The notes below the pieces were generated by a model. That model had not been told where the DNA came from. It did no database searches and saw only the letters and a list, made by a program, of their open reading frames with translations. From positions 80,487 through 144,486 of the forward strand of contig JAVVEA010000007.1 in NCBI GenBank assembly GCA_032250835.1: a DNA stretch of 64,000 nucleotides, written 5' to 3'. Position 1 is the stretch's first letter. Each line of letters begins with the position of its first letter. A program made the translations under genes and the position numbers. Of the stretch, positions 1 to 7,998 are shown piece by piece. The DNA is from a bacterium (lineage in GTDB: Bacteria > SAR324 > XYD2-FULL-50-16).

Positions 1-1304
1 CCATACCGCCCGGCCAGAAAATCGAAGAGTCCGCGCAGTTCCTCGAAGACCGGCCGATCGAAGTGCAGCTTCAACCCAAAGCGGTCGCCCAAGGCGCGGA
101 CCTCATCTTCTAGCTGGCGCTGCTCGGGTAGTTGGTGGTCCAACTGGCCCGCCTGGACCAAGTCCTTTTTGTTGGACGTCGCCAAGAGCCAAAGGTTCTC
201 GGGGAGTTGCTGCAACGAGCCCTCAAAGGCGCTCTTGAGTGCTTTAAATTCCGGGTTGTGGGGCTCAAAACCAAAATCATCTAAAAAGACCACGAACCGT
301 TCCGGTGCACCTTGTATCCTCGAAAAAAGATGTGGCAAGGCGGCTACGTCCTTCTGGGCTACTTCAATCAGCCGCAGGCCCCGTTCAGCATACTCGGCCA
401 ACAGCGCCAAGGCACAGCTGGATTTACCCATGCCCCTTGCGCCCCAAAGCAAAACATGGGCACAGGGCGCTCCGGCCAAAAAACGCTCCGCCTCCTGACG
501 CAGCCGTTCGGCGGCGCGGTCGATGCCAAAGAGGGCGGCAAAGTCGATCTTCTTTTTCGGTGCCTCTCCTTGCAATGCCCAGCGGCCTTTAGTATCTTGG
601 CGGTAGAGAAAGGCGCGGTGGCGGCTGAAGGGCCCTCCCGAATGGTTTTGCCAGAAAGCCTCAAGCCGCAAGCCCAACTGCTGGGCATCGGTAGATTCTA
701 AAAGACCGTCCAGGGCTTTTAAAGCTAAGGCGTCCCCAGCCGCTACCGCTCGCTTCAGGCCCGCAGGTTCGGGCCTAGGGCCCAAGCCTTGTTGGTTGAG
801 CGCCAACTCACACAAATTGAGTAGCCCTAAAAAAAGGTCCTTCGGGTGCCGCTGGGCGGCACACCAGATCAGTTCATAGACCGGGAGCCGCTCAGAGCCG
901 CTCAGGTTTAATTGGGCATAAAACCGCTGGTCCGCCGCCCGGTCGGTCAAAAAATCTGGCCAAGCGTCACCGGTCAGGGGGGGAGCGGCATTCAGGATCT
1001 GGCCCCGTAGCCGGGCCCACTGGGCAAAGAGCCCCCTAGGTTGGCGCAGTTGATCAGAAAGGAAGGCAGACTGGCGCAGCAAAAGAGCATCCATCCCCTG
1101 ACGGGTTTTGGTTTTCCATTGGAGCAATAGTTCTTCTTCTAAGGCCTGGGCAAAGTCGAGGAACAACAGCAGCGGGTCGCCGGGCTCTAAACAAGCCGGT
1201 AGCCCCAAGACTCCGGCCCGGTCCAGCAGTTGGCCCAGATAATCGAGCAATCCTTCAAAGGCCTGATCGATGCTGGCTTGGTCCCAAGATTGATTTACAT
1301 TCAC
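1..1304 (-). CDS. DUF815-family AAA+ ATPase (3' end runs off the window; absent from the ORF track)
   Basis: Manual minus-strand translation from GTG at 1304, preceded by GAGG. In-frame motifs HVLLWGARGMGKSS (Walker A), FVVFLDD (Walker B), LKSAFEGS, LATSN and LGDRFGL. Confidence 0.8.
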   Translation of the reverse strand, partial: MNVNQSWDQASIDQAFEGLLDYLGQLLDRAGVLGLPACLEPGDPLLLFLDFAQALEEELLLQWKTKTRQGMDALLLRQSAFLSDQLRQPRGLFAQWARLRGQILNAAPPLTGDAWPDFLTDRAADQRFYAQLNLSGSERLPVYELIWCAAQRHPKDLFLGLLNLCELALNQQGLGPRPEPAGLKRAVAAGDALALKALDGLLESTDAQQLGLRLEAFWQNHSGGPFSRHRAFLYRQDTKGRWALQGEAPKKKIDFAALFGIDRAAERLRQEAERFLAGAPCAHVLLWGARGMGKSSCALALLAEYAERGLRLIEVAQKDVAALPHLFSRIQGAPERFVVFLDDFGFEPHNPEFKALKSAFEGSLQQLPENLWLLATSNKKDLVQAGQLDHQLPEQRQLEDEVRALGDRFGLKLHFDRPVFEELRGLFDFLAGRY

Positions 1305-1331
1305 CCTTAACCTCGTTTATGGAACGCGCCC

Positions 1332-2780
1332 ATGAATATCCGCTTTAAGCCCCTCAAACCCACCAAGAATCTGGTCGTTTTTTTTGACGCGAAAAAACAC
1401 CTCTTGCTGCCCGAGGACTGGCCCAAAGAATGGACCCAGGCTTGGAAAAACTACCTCAAGCTGCCGGAGATCAAAGGAGAATCATCGGGGGTACACCGGC
1501 TTTTTGGGGAATTGTCCGAACGGGTCTATTTAGTGGGTCTGGGCAAAGCTCCGGTGATGCGCGAGCTAGGTGCCCAACTAGGCAAGCAACTGCAACAAAC
1601 CGAATTTTCAGACCTCGCCTTAGCCCTGCCAAGTGACCGGAAACACCCTATTTCTAACGGCTTTGAGGCGTTTCTGGAAGGCTTTTTCTTAGCCCGCTAC
1701 CGCTACCAGGAATACAAAACCAAAGACCAGCCGAAAGACCAACTCAAAACCTTGACCCTCTTAGCGCCTAAGTCCAAAGAGCTGGAATCAGCAGGCCAAA
1801 AGGCTTGGATCTTGGCCGAAGCAACCAACGAGGCTCGGGACCTTTGCAACCGGCCGGGTAATTTAATGACCCCAACGCACCTCAAAGCTGCCTGCCAAGC
1901 GATGGCCAAGTCGGTCGGGCTCAGCTTCAGCGCCTTAACCGAAACCCAAATGGCCAAAGAAGGGATGGGGTGTCTCTTAGGGGTCTCCAAGGGATCCGAG
2001 GAGCCTGCCTTCCTCAACATCCTGCAATACAAAGGCGGCGGGGCCAAAGCGCCGACCTTGATGTTAGTCGGCAAGGGCCTGACCTTTGATGCGGGCGGCA
2101 TCTCGCTGAAGCCCGCCGCCAACATGCACGAGATGAAATTTGACATGTGCGGCGGCGCGGCGGTTTATGGGGCCATGAAGATCATCGCCCAATTGGGGCC
2201 TAAGGTGAACGTAGTGGCCTTAATCCCTTCGAGCGAAAACCTACCTAGTGGGAGCGCCACCAAGCCCGGCGACATCTTGACTGCTTGCAACGGGACTACC
2301 GTAGAGGTGCAAAACACCGATGCCGAAGGCCGTCTAATCTTGGCCGATGCCTTGGCTTATGGCCTCAAGCGGTTTAAGCCCGACGCGGTGGTGGACATTG
2401 CCACCCTGACCGGGGCCTGCGTGGTGGCTTTGGGGCATTACCACAGCGGCTTACAATCAAGCAGCGAATCGCTGGCCAAACAGATCGAAAAAGCCAGCCA
2501 GCAAACCGGTGACCCCGTCTGGCGCATGCCCCATGCCGATATTTATGACAAAGACTTGGACGGTACGGTCAGTGATCTGAAGAATATTGGCAGCAAAGGG
2601 GCGGGGATGATCACCGCCGGGCTTTTTCTCAAGCGCTTTGTGGGCAAAACGCCCTGGGCCCATATCGATATCGCCGGGACCGCCTGGGGCGGCGACCGCA
2701 TCCCCTTTTATCCCGCCCAAGGAGCCAGCGGCACCGCCGTGCGCCTCTTGGCCGAATTGGCGGTCCATTTTAAGCGGTAA
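1332..2780 (+). CDS. pepA: Leucyl aminopeptidase (M17)
   Basis: VGKGLTFDAGG, MKFDMCG, NTDAEGRL, DIATLTGA and WAHIDIAG motifs. Confidence 0.95.
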   Translation: MNIRFKPLKPTKNLVVFFDAKKHLLLPEDWPKEWTQAWKNYLKLPEIKGESSGVHRLFGELSERVYLVGLGKAPVMRELGAQLGKQLQQTEFSDLALALPSDRKHPISNGFEAFLEGFFLARYRYQEYKTKDQPKDQLKTLTLLAPKSKELESAGQKAWILAEATNEARDLCNRPGNLMTPTHLKAACQAMAKSVGLSFSALTETQMAKEGMGCLLGVSKGSEEPAFLNILQYKGGGAKAPTLMLVGKGLTFDAGGISLKPAANMHEMKFDMCGGAAVYGAMKIIAQLGPKVNVVALIPSSENLPSGSATKPGDILTACNGTTVEVQNTDAEGRLILADALAYGLKRFKPDAVVDIATLTGACVVALGHYHSGLQSSSESLAKQIEKASQQTGDPVWRMPHADIYDKDLDGTVSDLKNIGSKGAGMITAGLFLKRFVGKTPWAHIDIAGTAWGGDRIPFYPAQGASGTAVRLLAELAVHFKR

Positions 2781-2782
2781 CG

Positions 2783-3076
2783 ATGCCTCAAATCACCACG
2801 CCCGCAGCGCAGGGCGGCGATAAATGTTATCTCTGTGGGCGCGAATTTTCCTCCGAAGAGCCGGGTGTTTTGCGCCCGGTCTTGATCGCCCAAGGCGATG
2901 CCCAGGGTATCCGAGAAAGTGGGCACCAACAAACCACTATCATCACCCTGCGCTCCGAGCGCCGCATTTGCAAAGACTGCGACCGCCCTCGCCAAGGCCC
3001 CCGTTGGTGGGCTTTGGCGGGGTTGCTGTTGGGGTTATCCCTGGCACTGGGCCTATTTTTGTATTGGCGTCAGTAG
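2783..3076 (+). CDS. Small hypothetical protein with two CxxC pairs and a C-terminal TM helix
   Basis: CYLC...CKDC, hydrophobic C-terminus; starts 2 bp after the pepA stop. Confidence 0.6.
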   Translation: MPQITTPAAQGGDKCYLCGREFSSEEPGVLRPVLIAQGDAQGIRESGHQQTTIITLRSERRICKDCDRPRQGPRWWALAGLLLGLSLALGLFLYWRQ

Positions 3077-3696
3077 GTCCGAAACACCGCCTTGACGATG
3101 CCTTGGATGCTCACTTCGTTAGCGTCTACATAGATGGGCTTCATATTTTGGTTGGCCGGTTGCAGGCGGATTTGGCGGCCTTCGCGGTAGAAACGTTTGA
3201 CTGTGGCTTCCTTAAAATGCAGCATGGCGATCACCAGATCCCCGTTGTCCGCCACTTCGCGCTTTTCGACGACCACATAATCACCGTCCAAAATTGCTTC
3301 GTCGATCATCGAATCTCCCCGCACCCGCAGCAAATAACTACGGTCTGGCCGCTGCACCATCGATTCAGGCAGGGTCATGAACTCGTTTTCCGTAAAGTGC
3401 TCAATCGGCAGGCCCGCCGCCACACTACCCAAGAGCGGCAATTCCACCACCGCAGGTTGCGTCAGCGGAGCCACCGGGGTTGGTTCGCCCTTAAGTACGC
3501 GGATCGAGCGGGAGACATTGGGGTCTAAAGAGATGTACTCTTTCTCGACCAAGTTCTTCAGGTGTTTGTGCACCCCGCCAGCGCTGGCCAGATCAAAATG
3601 GGCGGCAATATCGCGCACCGAAGGGGGGTAGTGGTGGTCTTCGATATATTCACGGATATAATCGAAGATGGCCTCTTGTTTACGGGTCAACGACAT
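3070..3696 (-). CDS. lexA: SOS repressor LexA
   Basis: N-terminal wHTH (PPSVRDIA), VAAG cleavage site, GDSM catalytic Ser, TVKR catalytic Lys. Confidence 0.95.
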   Translation of the reverse strand: MSLTRKQEAIFDYIREYIEDHHYPPSVRDIAAHFDLASAGGVHKHLKNLVEKEYISLDPNVSRSIRVLKGEPTPVAPLTQPAVVELPLLGSVAAGLPIEHFTENEFMTLPESMVQRPDRSYLLRVRGDSMIDEAILDGDYVVVEKREVADNGDLVIAMLHFKEATVKRFYREGRQIRLQPANQNMKPIYVDANEVSIQGIVKAVFRTY

Positions 3697-3708
3697 AGGG
3701 GCTCCTAG

Positions 3709-3753
3709 GGTGATGTTTTGTTCACCTTAGAACATATGTCCACCTAGCGTCAA
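3709..3753 (-). promoter_or_regulatory. lexA promoter (-35 TTGACG, candidate -10 TAAGGT) overlapped by two tandem imperfect palindromes (putative SOS boxes)
   Basis: Minus strand reads TTGACG CTA GGTGGACATATGTTCTAA GGTGAACAAAACATCACC CTAGGAG...ATG. Confidence 0.65.
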
Positions 3754-3758
3754 GTACC

Positions 3759-4121
3759 TCACTTTTTTATCGGCTCCATCATCCCGAAGATCAAGCCATC
3801 GGGCCCGGCAGCATAACAATGCCGCCCTACACCGGGGATTTCCAACGGGTCGGTAACCAACTGCCCCCCAAGGGACAGAACCCGGTCGCGCTTAAAGTCC
3901 AAGTCCTCGACTTCGATGGTGTTGATCACCCCTTGTCGGCCCCAGGCACGACCAATGGCCCCGTTGATGCCCGGTTGGTCCTCTTCTTTGGTTTGGGTCA
4001 GATAATAGGGACGCGGAGCCCCTTCAAAGGCCTGGGGTTGCCAATCAAAGAGCCGTTGAAAAAACTGGGCCCCTGCTTGGGGGTCTTCGAGCCAAAACTC
4101 AAAATATACTAATGGGTCCAT
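3759..4121 (-). CDS. VOC/glyoxalase family protein
   Basis: VYFEF...FFQRLFDW, GINGAI, GGQLV...IPGVG...PDGLIFGMME pattern. Confidence 0.85.
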   Translation of the reverse strand: MDPLVYFEFWLEDPQAGAQFFQRLFDWQPQAFEGAPRPYYLTQTKEEDQPGINGAIGRAWGRQGVINTIEVEDLDFKRDRVLSLGGQLVTDPLEIPGVGRHCYAAGPDGLIFGMMEPIKK

Positions 4122-4175
4122 TTCACCTCCTGATCGATTCCTACTCCCCCTTTGGATTATACCAAGCCAAAGGCC

Positions 4176-4219
4176 AAAAAAAAAGGGCTCCTGCCTTGGC
4201 GGCAGGAGCCCTCAGTTTT
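4176..4219 (-). terminator. Rho-independent terminator (possibly bidirectional)
   Basis: A-run, then GGGCTCCTGCC-ttggc-GGCAGGAGCCC stem, just downstream of the 4248 stop. Confidence 0.8.
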
Positions 4220-4247
4220 CAGACCGAAACTTACCGTAAATTCAGGA

Positions 4248-5045
4248 CTAAGGTCCGTAGAACTCGAAGATATGGTCGCGTAGCTTTTTCCAAATTTCGT
4301 AAATCGGCTCGCGCGGCATTTCTTCCCATTCCATCAACTGCAAGATGTAGCGCTTGATCTTGCCTCGGGTCATGGTCCGGTCTTCCCAGACCGCGTAGAT
4401 ATCTTCTTCTTCTTGGGTCAACTGCTTTCCGTCCAACTTACGGCGGTAAAGGAACTTCAAGGCCGAGTCGGGATATTTGTGGACAAAGTCGATCAGTGCC
4501 CCGGCGGTGATTTCGCCGGAACCATAGACCACATCGTCTTCGCCTTCGGTGATCTCTAGGCCCGAGTCGAAGTCCACGTCCTCTAAGTCCAGTTCGTCGA
4601 TCGCCTCGACCTGCGGCTCTTTGACCGTTCGAGGCGGTGGCGGGGAAATATGCTCTGAGCCGACCTCTTCGACGCTGGCCACGGGGCTGGAAATACTAGA
4701 CTCCGGCGGATGGGCTGCGGCATCGCGGGGCGCTTCGCGCACCGGAGCTTCTTCGCGGGGTACCGCGGCGGCGAGCCGTCTCGGAGTCCGCTCCTCATTG
4801 GGCAACAAGACCATCACCAGGAAACTGGTCGAACTGATCAAAAAGGCGACTGAAAAGATCAGCCCCTTTTTGTTGCGGTCATATTTGTAGCTGTTCAATA
4901 TCTGGGTACGCGGTTCATAGCCGTTGGCCACCAAGATATACTTGCTGTTCATCTCACTGAAAAAGTGCATCGTCGCCAATAATGCCAGCGCGATCACCCC
5001 CACCAAAGTGAGTAAAAAGATGGATGAATCTCTTGATTTTCTCAT
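4248..5045 (-). CDS. Hypothetical membrane protein (2 TM, Pro/acidic linker, soluble C-terminal domain)
   Basis: Long ORF; ATG at 5045 (MRKSRDSS) follows GAGGG; two hydrophobic segments. Confidence 0.65.
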   Translation of the reverse strand: MRKSRDSSIFLLTLVGVIALALLATMHFFSEMNSKYILVANGYEPRTQILNSYKYDRNKKGLIFSVAFLISSTSFLVMVLLPNEERTPRRLAAAVPREEAPVREAPRDAAAHPPESSISSPVASVEEVGSEHISPPPPRTVKEPQVEAIDELDLEDVDFDSGLEITEGEDDVVYGSGEITAGALIDFVHKYPDSALKFLYRRKLDGKQLTQEEEDIYAVWEDRTMTRGKIKRYILQLMEWEEMPREPIYEIWKKLRDHIFEFYGP

Positions 5046-5221
5046 GGTTAGTCCCTCATTGGGTTTCGGTTCTACCTTCTTATCGGCAGCAATGCGCAGA
5101 ACTTTAGGCCTTTGGCTGTTTAATCTGAGGCCGCTATCTTTTCCAAACTCACGGTGGCACAAGCTTGCTGTTTTAGTTGCAAAGCGGTATAGATAGCGAA
5201 AAATTTTCTGAAGTTGGCTAC

Positions 5222-6049
5222 ATGGTAGACAAAAAGTTCCCCAAAAAAAGTACCGGCGTGCTGCAAGCGCCGCCCGCGAAAAAGAGCAAGGGCAAGAAGG
5301 GCTGCCTCTTTTGGTTAGTTCTCTTGGTCTTGATCGCCGGGGGCCTGTTTGCCTTCCAAAAGGAGCGCCTTAAAACTTGGGCACCGGCTTTAGTTCCGAG
5401 CATCGAGCGCATGGACGCCCTCTTAAAAAGCTTTGATCCGACCTTTGGCCTCTTCAAATCCGAACCGCCTCCGGTGATTGAAGCCCTGCCCATGATCGAG
5501 ATTGAGTTGCCGCCAGCACCGGAGCCCAAACCGACACCCAAGCCGAAGCTTTTGCCCATAGTTGGTGAAAAACTCAACTATATCCGCGTGGGCGGGTGCA
5601 TGGATAAAGAATGTAGGGTGCAGTTGCTGCGCGAGATCGAATCGCTCAACTTACCGACTCTGGTCAAGCGCTACCGCCGCCAGACGTTATATTGGGAGTT
5701 GGTCTCTAAAACCGCCATGAACCGCTCAAATGCCGAGAACCGCTTGGTGGAAATTGAGCGCCATGCGCTGAGCGCACCGCCACCGACCTTGACCAAACAC
5801 CGTGGGGAATACCGCATCAGCCTGGGTGAATATCCCGACAAGACTTCGGCAGTCCAGATGCGGAGCTATCTGGCTCAGTTATATCCCGATGTGGATTTGC
5901 CCTTTGACTTGGTGCCGCGCCAACGGCATTTTGATATGGTCTATATCTATGCTGGACCGTTCACTTCGCGTTTTAACGCAGAGAGCGTAGCCGAGTTGAT
6001 CCGGGACAAGCGGTTTGTGCAGGAAACCTTTGTGACCGCCGATCCTTAA
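5222..6049 (+). CDS. Membrane-anchored SPOR-like domain protein
   Basis: N-terminal TM, Pro-rich linker, YRISLGEY and YIYAGPF...AESVA SPOR-like motifs. Confidence 0.6.
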   Translation: MVDKKFPKKSTGVLQAPPAKKSKGKKGCLFWLVLLVLIAGGLFAFQKERLKTWAPALVPSIERMDALLKSFDPTFGLFKSEPPPVIEALPMIEIELPPAPEPKPTPKPKLLPIVGEKLNYIRVGGCMDKECRVQLLREIESLNLPTLVKRYRRQTLYWELVSKTAMNRSNAENRLVEIERHALSAPPPTLTKHRGEYRISLGEYPDKTSAVQMRSYLAQLYPDVDLPFDLVPRQRHFDMVYIYAGPFTSRFNAESVAELIRDKRFVQETFVTADP

Positions 6050-6369
6050 CGGACCTCGATGGTCAACTGCATCTGGGGGTGGATGGCGCAGTTCACCTGA
6101 ACCTCGCCTTTGCGGTCAAAGGTGACCGACTTGCCGGGGCCCTTGCCGTAGCTGCCTAGGTCAAAGGTCTTGGCTTCGGAAAGGGAGTAGACGTTATGGT
6201 AGACGTCATCTTGGTTGGGGAATTCAACCCTATCACCTTGCTGGATCACCAAGTGTTTAACCGAGAAAGCCTTGTTCTTTTGGACTACCTTGAAAACCTC
6301 TTCGGCCTTCACCAGTCCAACAAGGCCCAAGACGCAGGCCGACAGAATTAACAGTTTCGGTGCTTTCAT
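6046..6369 (-). CDS. Secreted cupredoxin (blue-copper) domain protein
   Basis: Signal peptide; HNVYS and NCAIHPQM give His/Cys/His/Met type-1 copper ligands. Confidence 0.8.
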   Translation of the reverse strand: MKAPKLLILSACVLGLVGLVKAEEVFKVVQKNKAFSVKHLVIQQGDRVEFPNQDDVYHNVYSLSEAKTFDLGSYGKGPGKSVTFDRKGEVQVNCAIHPQMQLTIEVR

Positions 6370-6495
6370 GTTTTTTTTGGGATTGTGCGCTACTGAATAT
6401 AGCAGCCGGTCAACCACTTGTCCAACCATTTCCCGCCAGAACCGCAAGGGCCCTTTTGTGAGCCCAAACCAACAACCCCTATTTCGACGATTTTC

Positions 6496-7998
6496 ATGAG
6501 CCAAGACCAAGGGAAACCACAAGTTTGGGGCGGCCGACTGGCCGAGTCCCCCGCGCAAGCCAACGTTCGTTTTTGCGCCGGCCGCGACGTGAGCGCGTTG
6601 CCCATGGCGGACCAAGATTTGGTCTTTTGGGACATCTGGACCAACCTAGCCCATGCCAAGATGCTCAGCGAAGTCGGGGTTTTAAATAACGAAGAGTACC
6701 GCCAAATCTACAACGCCCTCAAAAGCCTAGACCCCGACCAATTTGTTTTAGACCCCGGCAAAGAAGATGTACACATCAACCTAGAGCACTACCTAACCTA
6801 CCAATGCGGGATCGAGGCAGGCAAAAAAATCCACTCCGGGCGCAGCCGCAACGACCAAGTGGCCACCGACATGCGCCTCTACCTTCGTGACCGGCTGCTG
6901 CATTTTACGGGGCACTTAAGCGAGCTGGCCCTAGCGGTAATCGAGCGCGCCGAAGGGCTCAAAGAAGCGGTCATGCCGGGCTTCACCCATTACCAACCCG
7001 GCATGCCCACCACCGCGGCCCATTGGCTGACCGCCTGGAGCCAAGCCTTGCTGCGCGATTTAAACGCGCTGATGGACAATTTTAAAGGGATGAACCGCTG
7101 CCCCTTGGGCTCTGCGGCGAGCTTCGGGACCAGTTGGCCCATCGACCGGGAGCGGACCGCCGAATTATTGGCCTTCGACGGCGTCGAGGAAAACAGCCTA
7201 GACGCCATCAGCAGCCGTGGGGAACAAGAAGCCCGAGTGGCCGCCAGCATCGCCGTGGCCATGAACCATCTAAGCCAAATCAGCCAAGACCTGATCCTCT
7301 GGTCTACGCCTTTTTACGGGTTCGCTAAGGTCGCCGACCGGTTCGTTACCGGCAGCAGCATCATGCCCCAAAAGCGCAACCCCGACTTTGCCGAGATCAT
7401 CCGCGCCAAAGCGGCCCAGACTACAGGCAGTCTGACCTCGTTGCTGGGCATCGCCAAGGGGGCCATGTCGGGCTACAACCGCGACAGCCAACAGACCAAA
7501 TACTTGATCATGGACCTCTTCCGCGAAGTAATGGACGCACCGTTGATCTTAGCGGGGGTGGTCGAAAGCTTGACCTTTGACGAAGCAGCCATGCGCGCCG
7601 CCTGCAATAAAGACTTCCTCAACGCCGCAGACGTCGCCGACTTCTTGGCCCAGCGTTTTTCCTTAAGCTTCCGCGACTGTTACGAGGTGTTGTCCCTGGC
7701 GGTGAAGTATTCTTCTGAAGAATCGGGCCAACTGACGCTGGGCGGCTTGCAGCGAGCGGTAACCGAGCGAGGCTTGGCGGACCAAGTGGTCCTCGACGCG
7801 AGCGAAGTAGCGCGGCTCAATGATGCGGTCCAGCTGCTCAAGGAAAAAACCCACACCGGGGCCCCTTCGCCCGAAGCGGTCGCCCAGCTGATCCAGCGCC
7901 AGCGCGAACAATTGGGCCAACTGCAAGAGCAACTGGGCCAATTAAAGATGAAGTTGGCGGTGCGCGAGGTAGAAGCGCTGGTGGCGCTGAGGCCTTAA
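6496..7998 (+). CDS. argH: Argininosuccinate lyase
   Basis: WGGR, HSGRSRNDQVATD, MPGFTH and TGSSIMPQKRNPD signature. Confidence 0.95.
   Translation: MSQDQGKPQVWGGRLAESPAQANVRFCAGRDVSALPMADQDLVFWDIWTNLAHAKMLSEVGVLNNEEYRQIYNALKSLDPDQFVLDPGKEDVHINLEHYLTYQCGIEAGKKIHSGRSRNDQVATDMRLYLRDRLLHFTGHLSELALAVIERAEGLKEAVMPGFTHYQPGMPTTAAHWLTAWSQALLRDLNALMDNFKGMNRCPLGSAASFGTSWPIDRERTAELLAFDGVEENSLDAISSRGEQEARVAASIAVAMNHLSQISQDLILWSTPFYGFAKVADRFVTGSSIMPQKRNPDFAEIIRAKAAQTTGSLTSLLGIAKGAMSGYNRDSQQTKYLIMDLFREVMDAPLILAGVVESLTFDEAAMRAACNKDFLNAADVADFLAQRFSLSFRDCYEVLSLAVKYSSEESGQLTLGGLQRAVTERGLADQVVLDASEVARLNDAVQLLKEKTHTGAPSPEAVAQLIQRQREQLGQLQEQLGQLKMKLAVREVEALVALRP

Noticed and set aside
2824-3528. Long antisense or alternate-frame ORFs (e.g. 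2824-3528, 31750-32391, 42622-43236, 54688-55350)
   Set aside because: Shadows of well-supported genes in GC-rich DNA.
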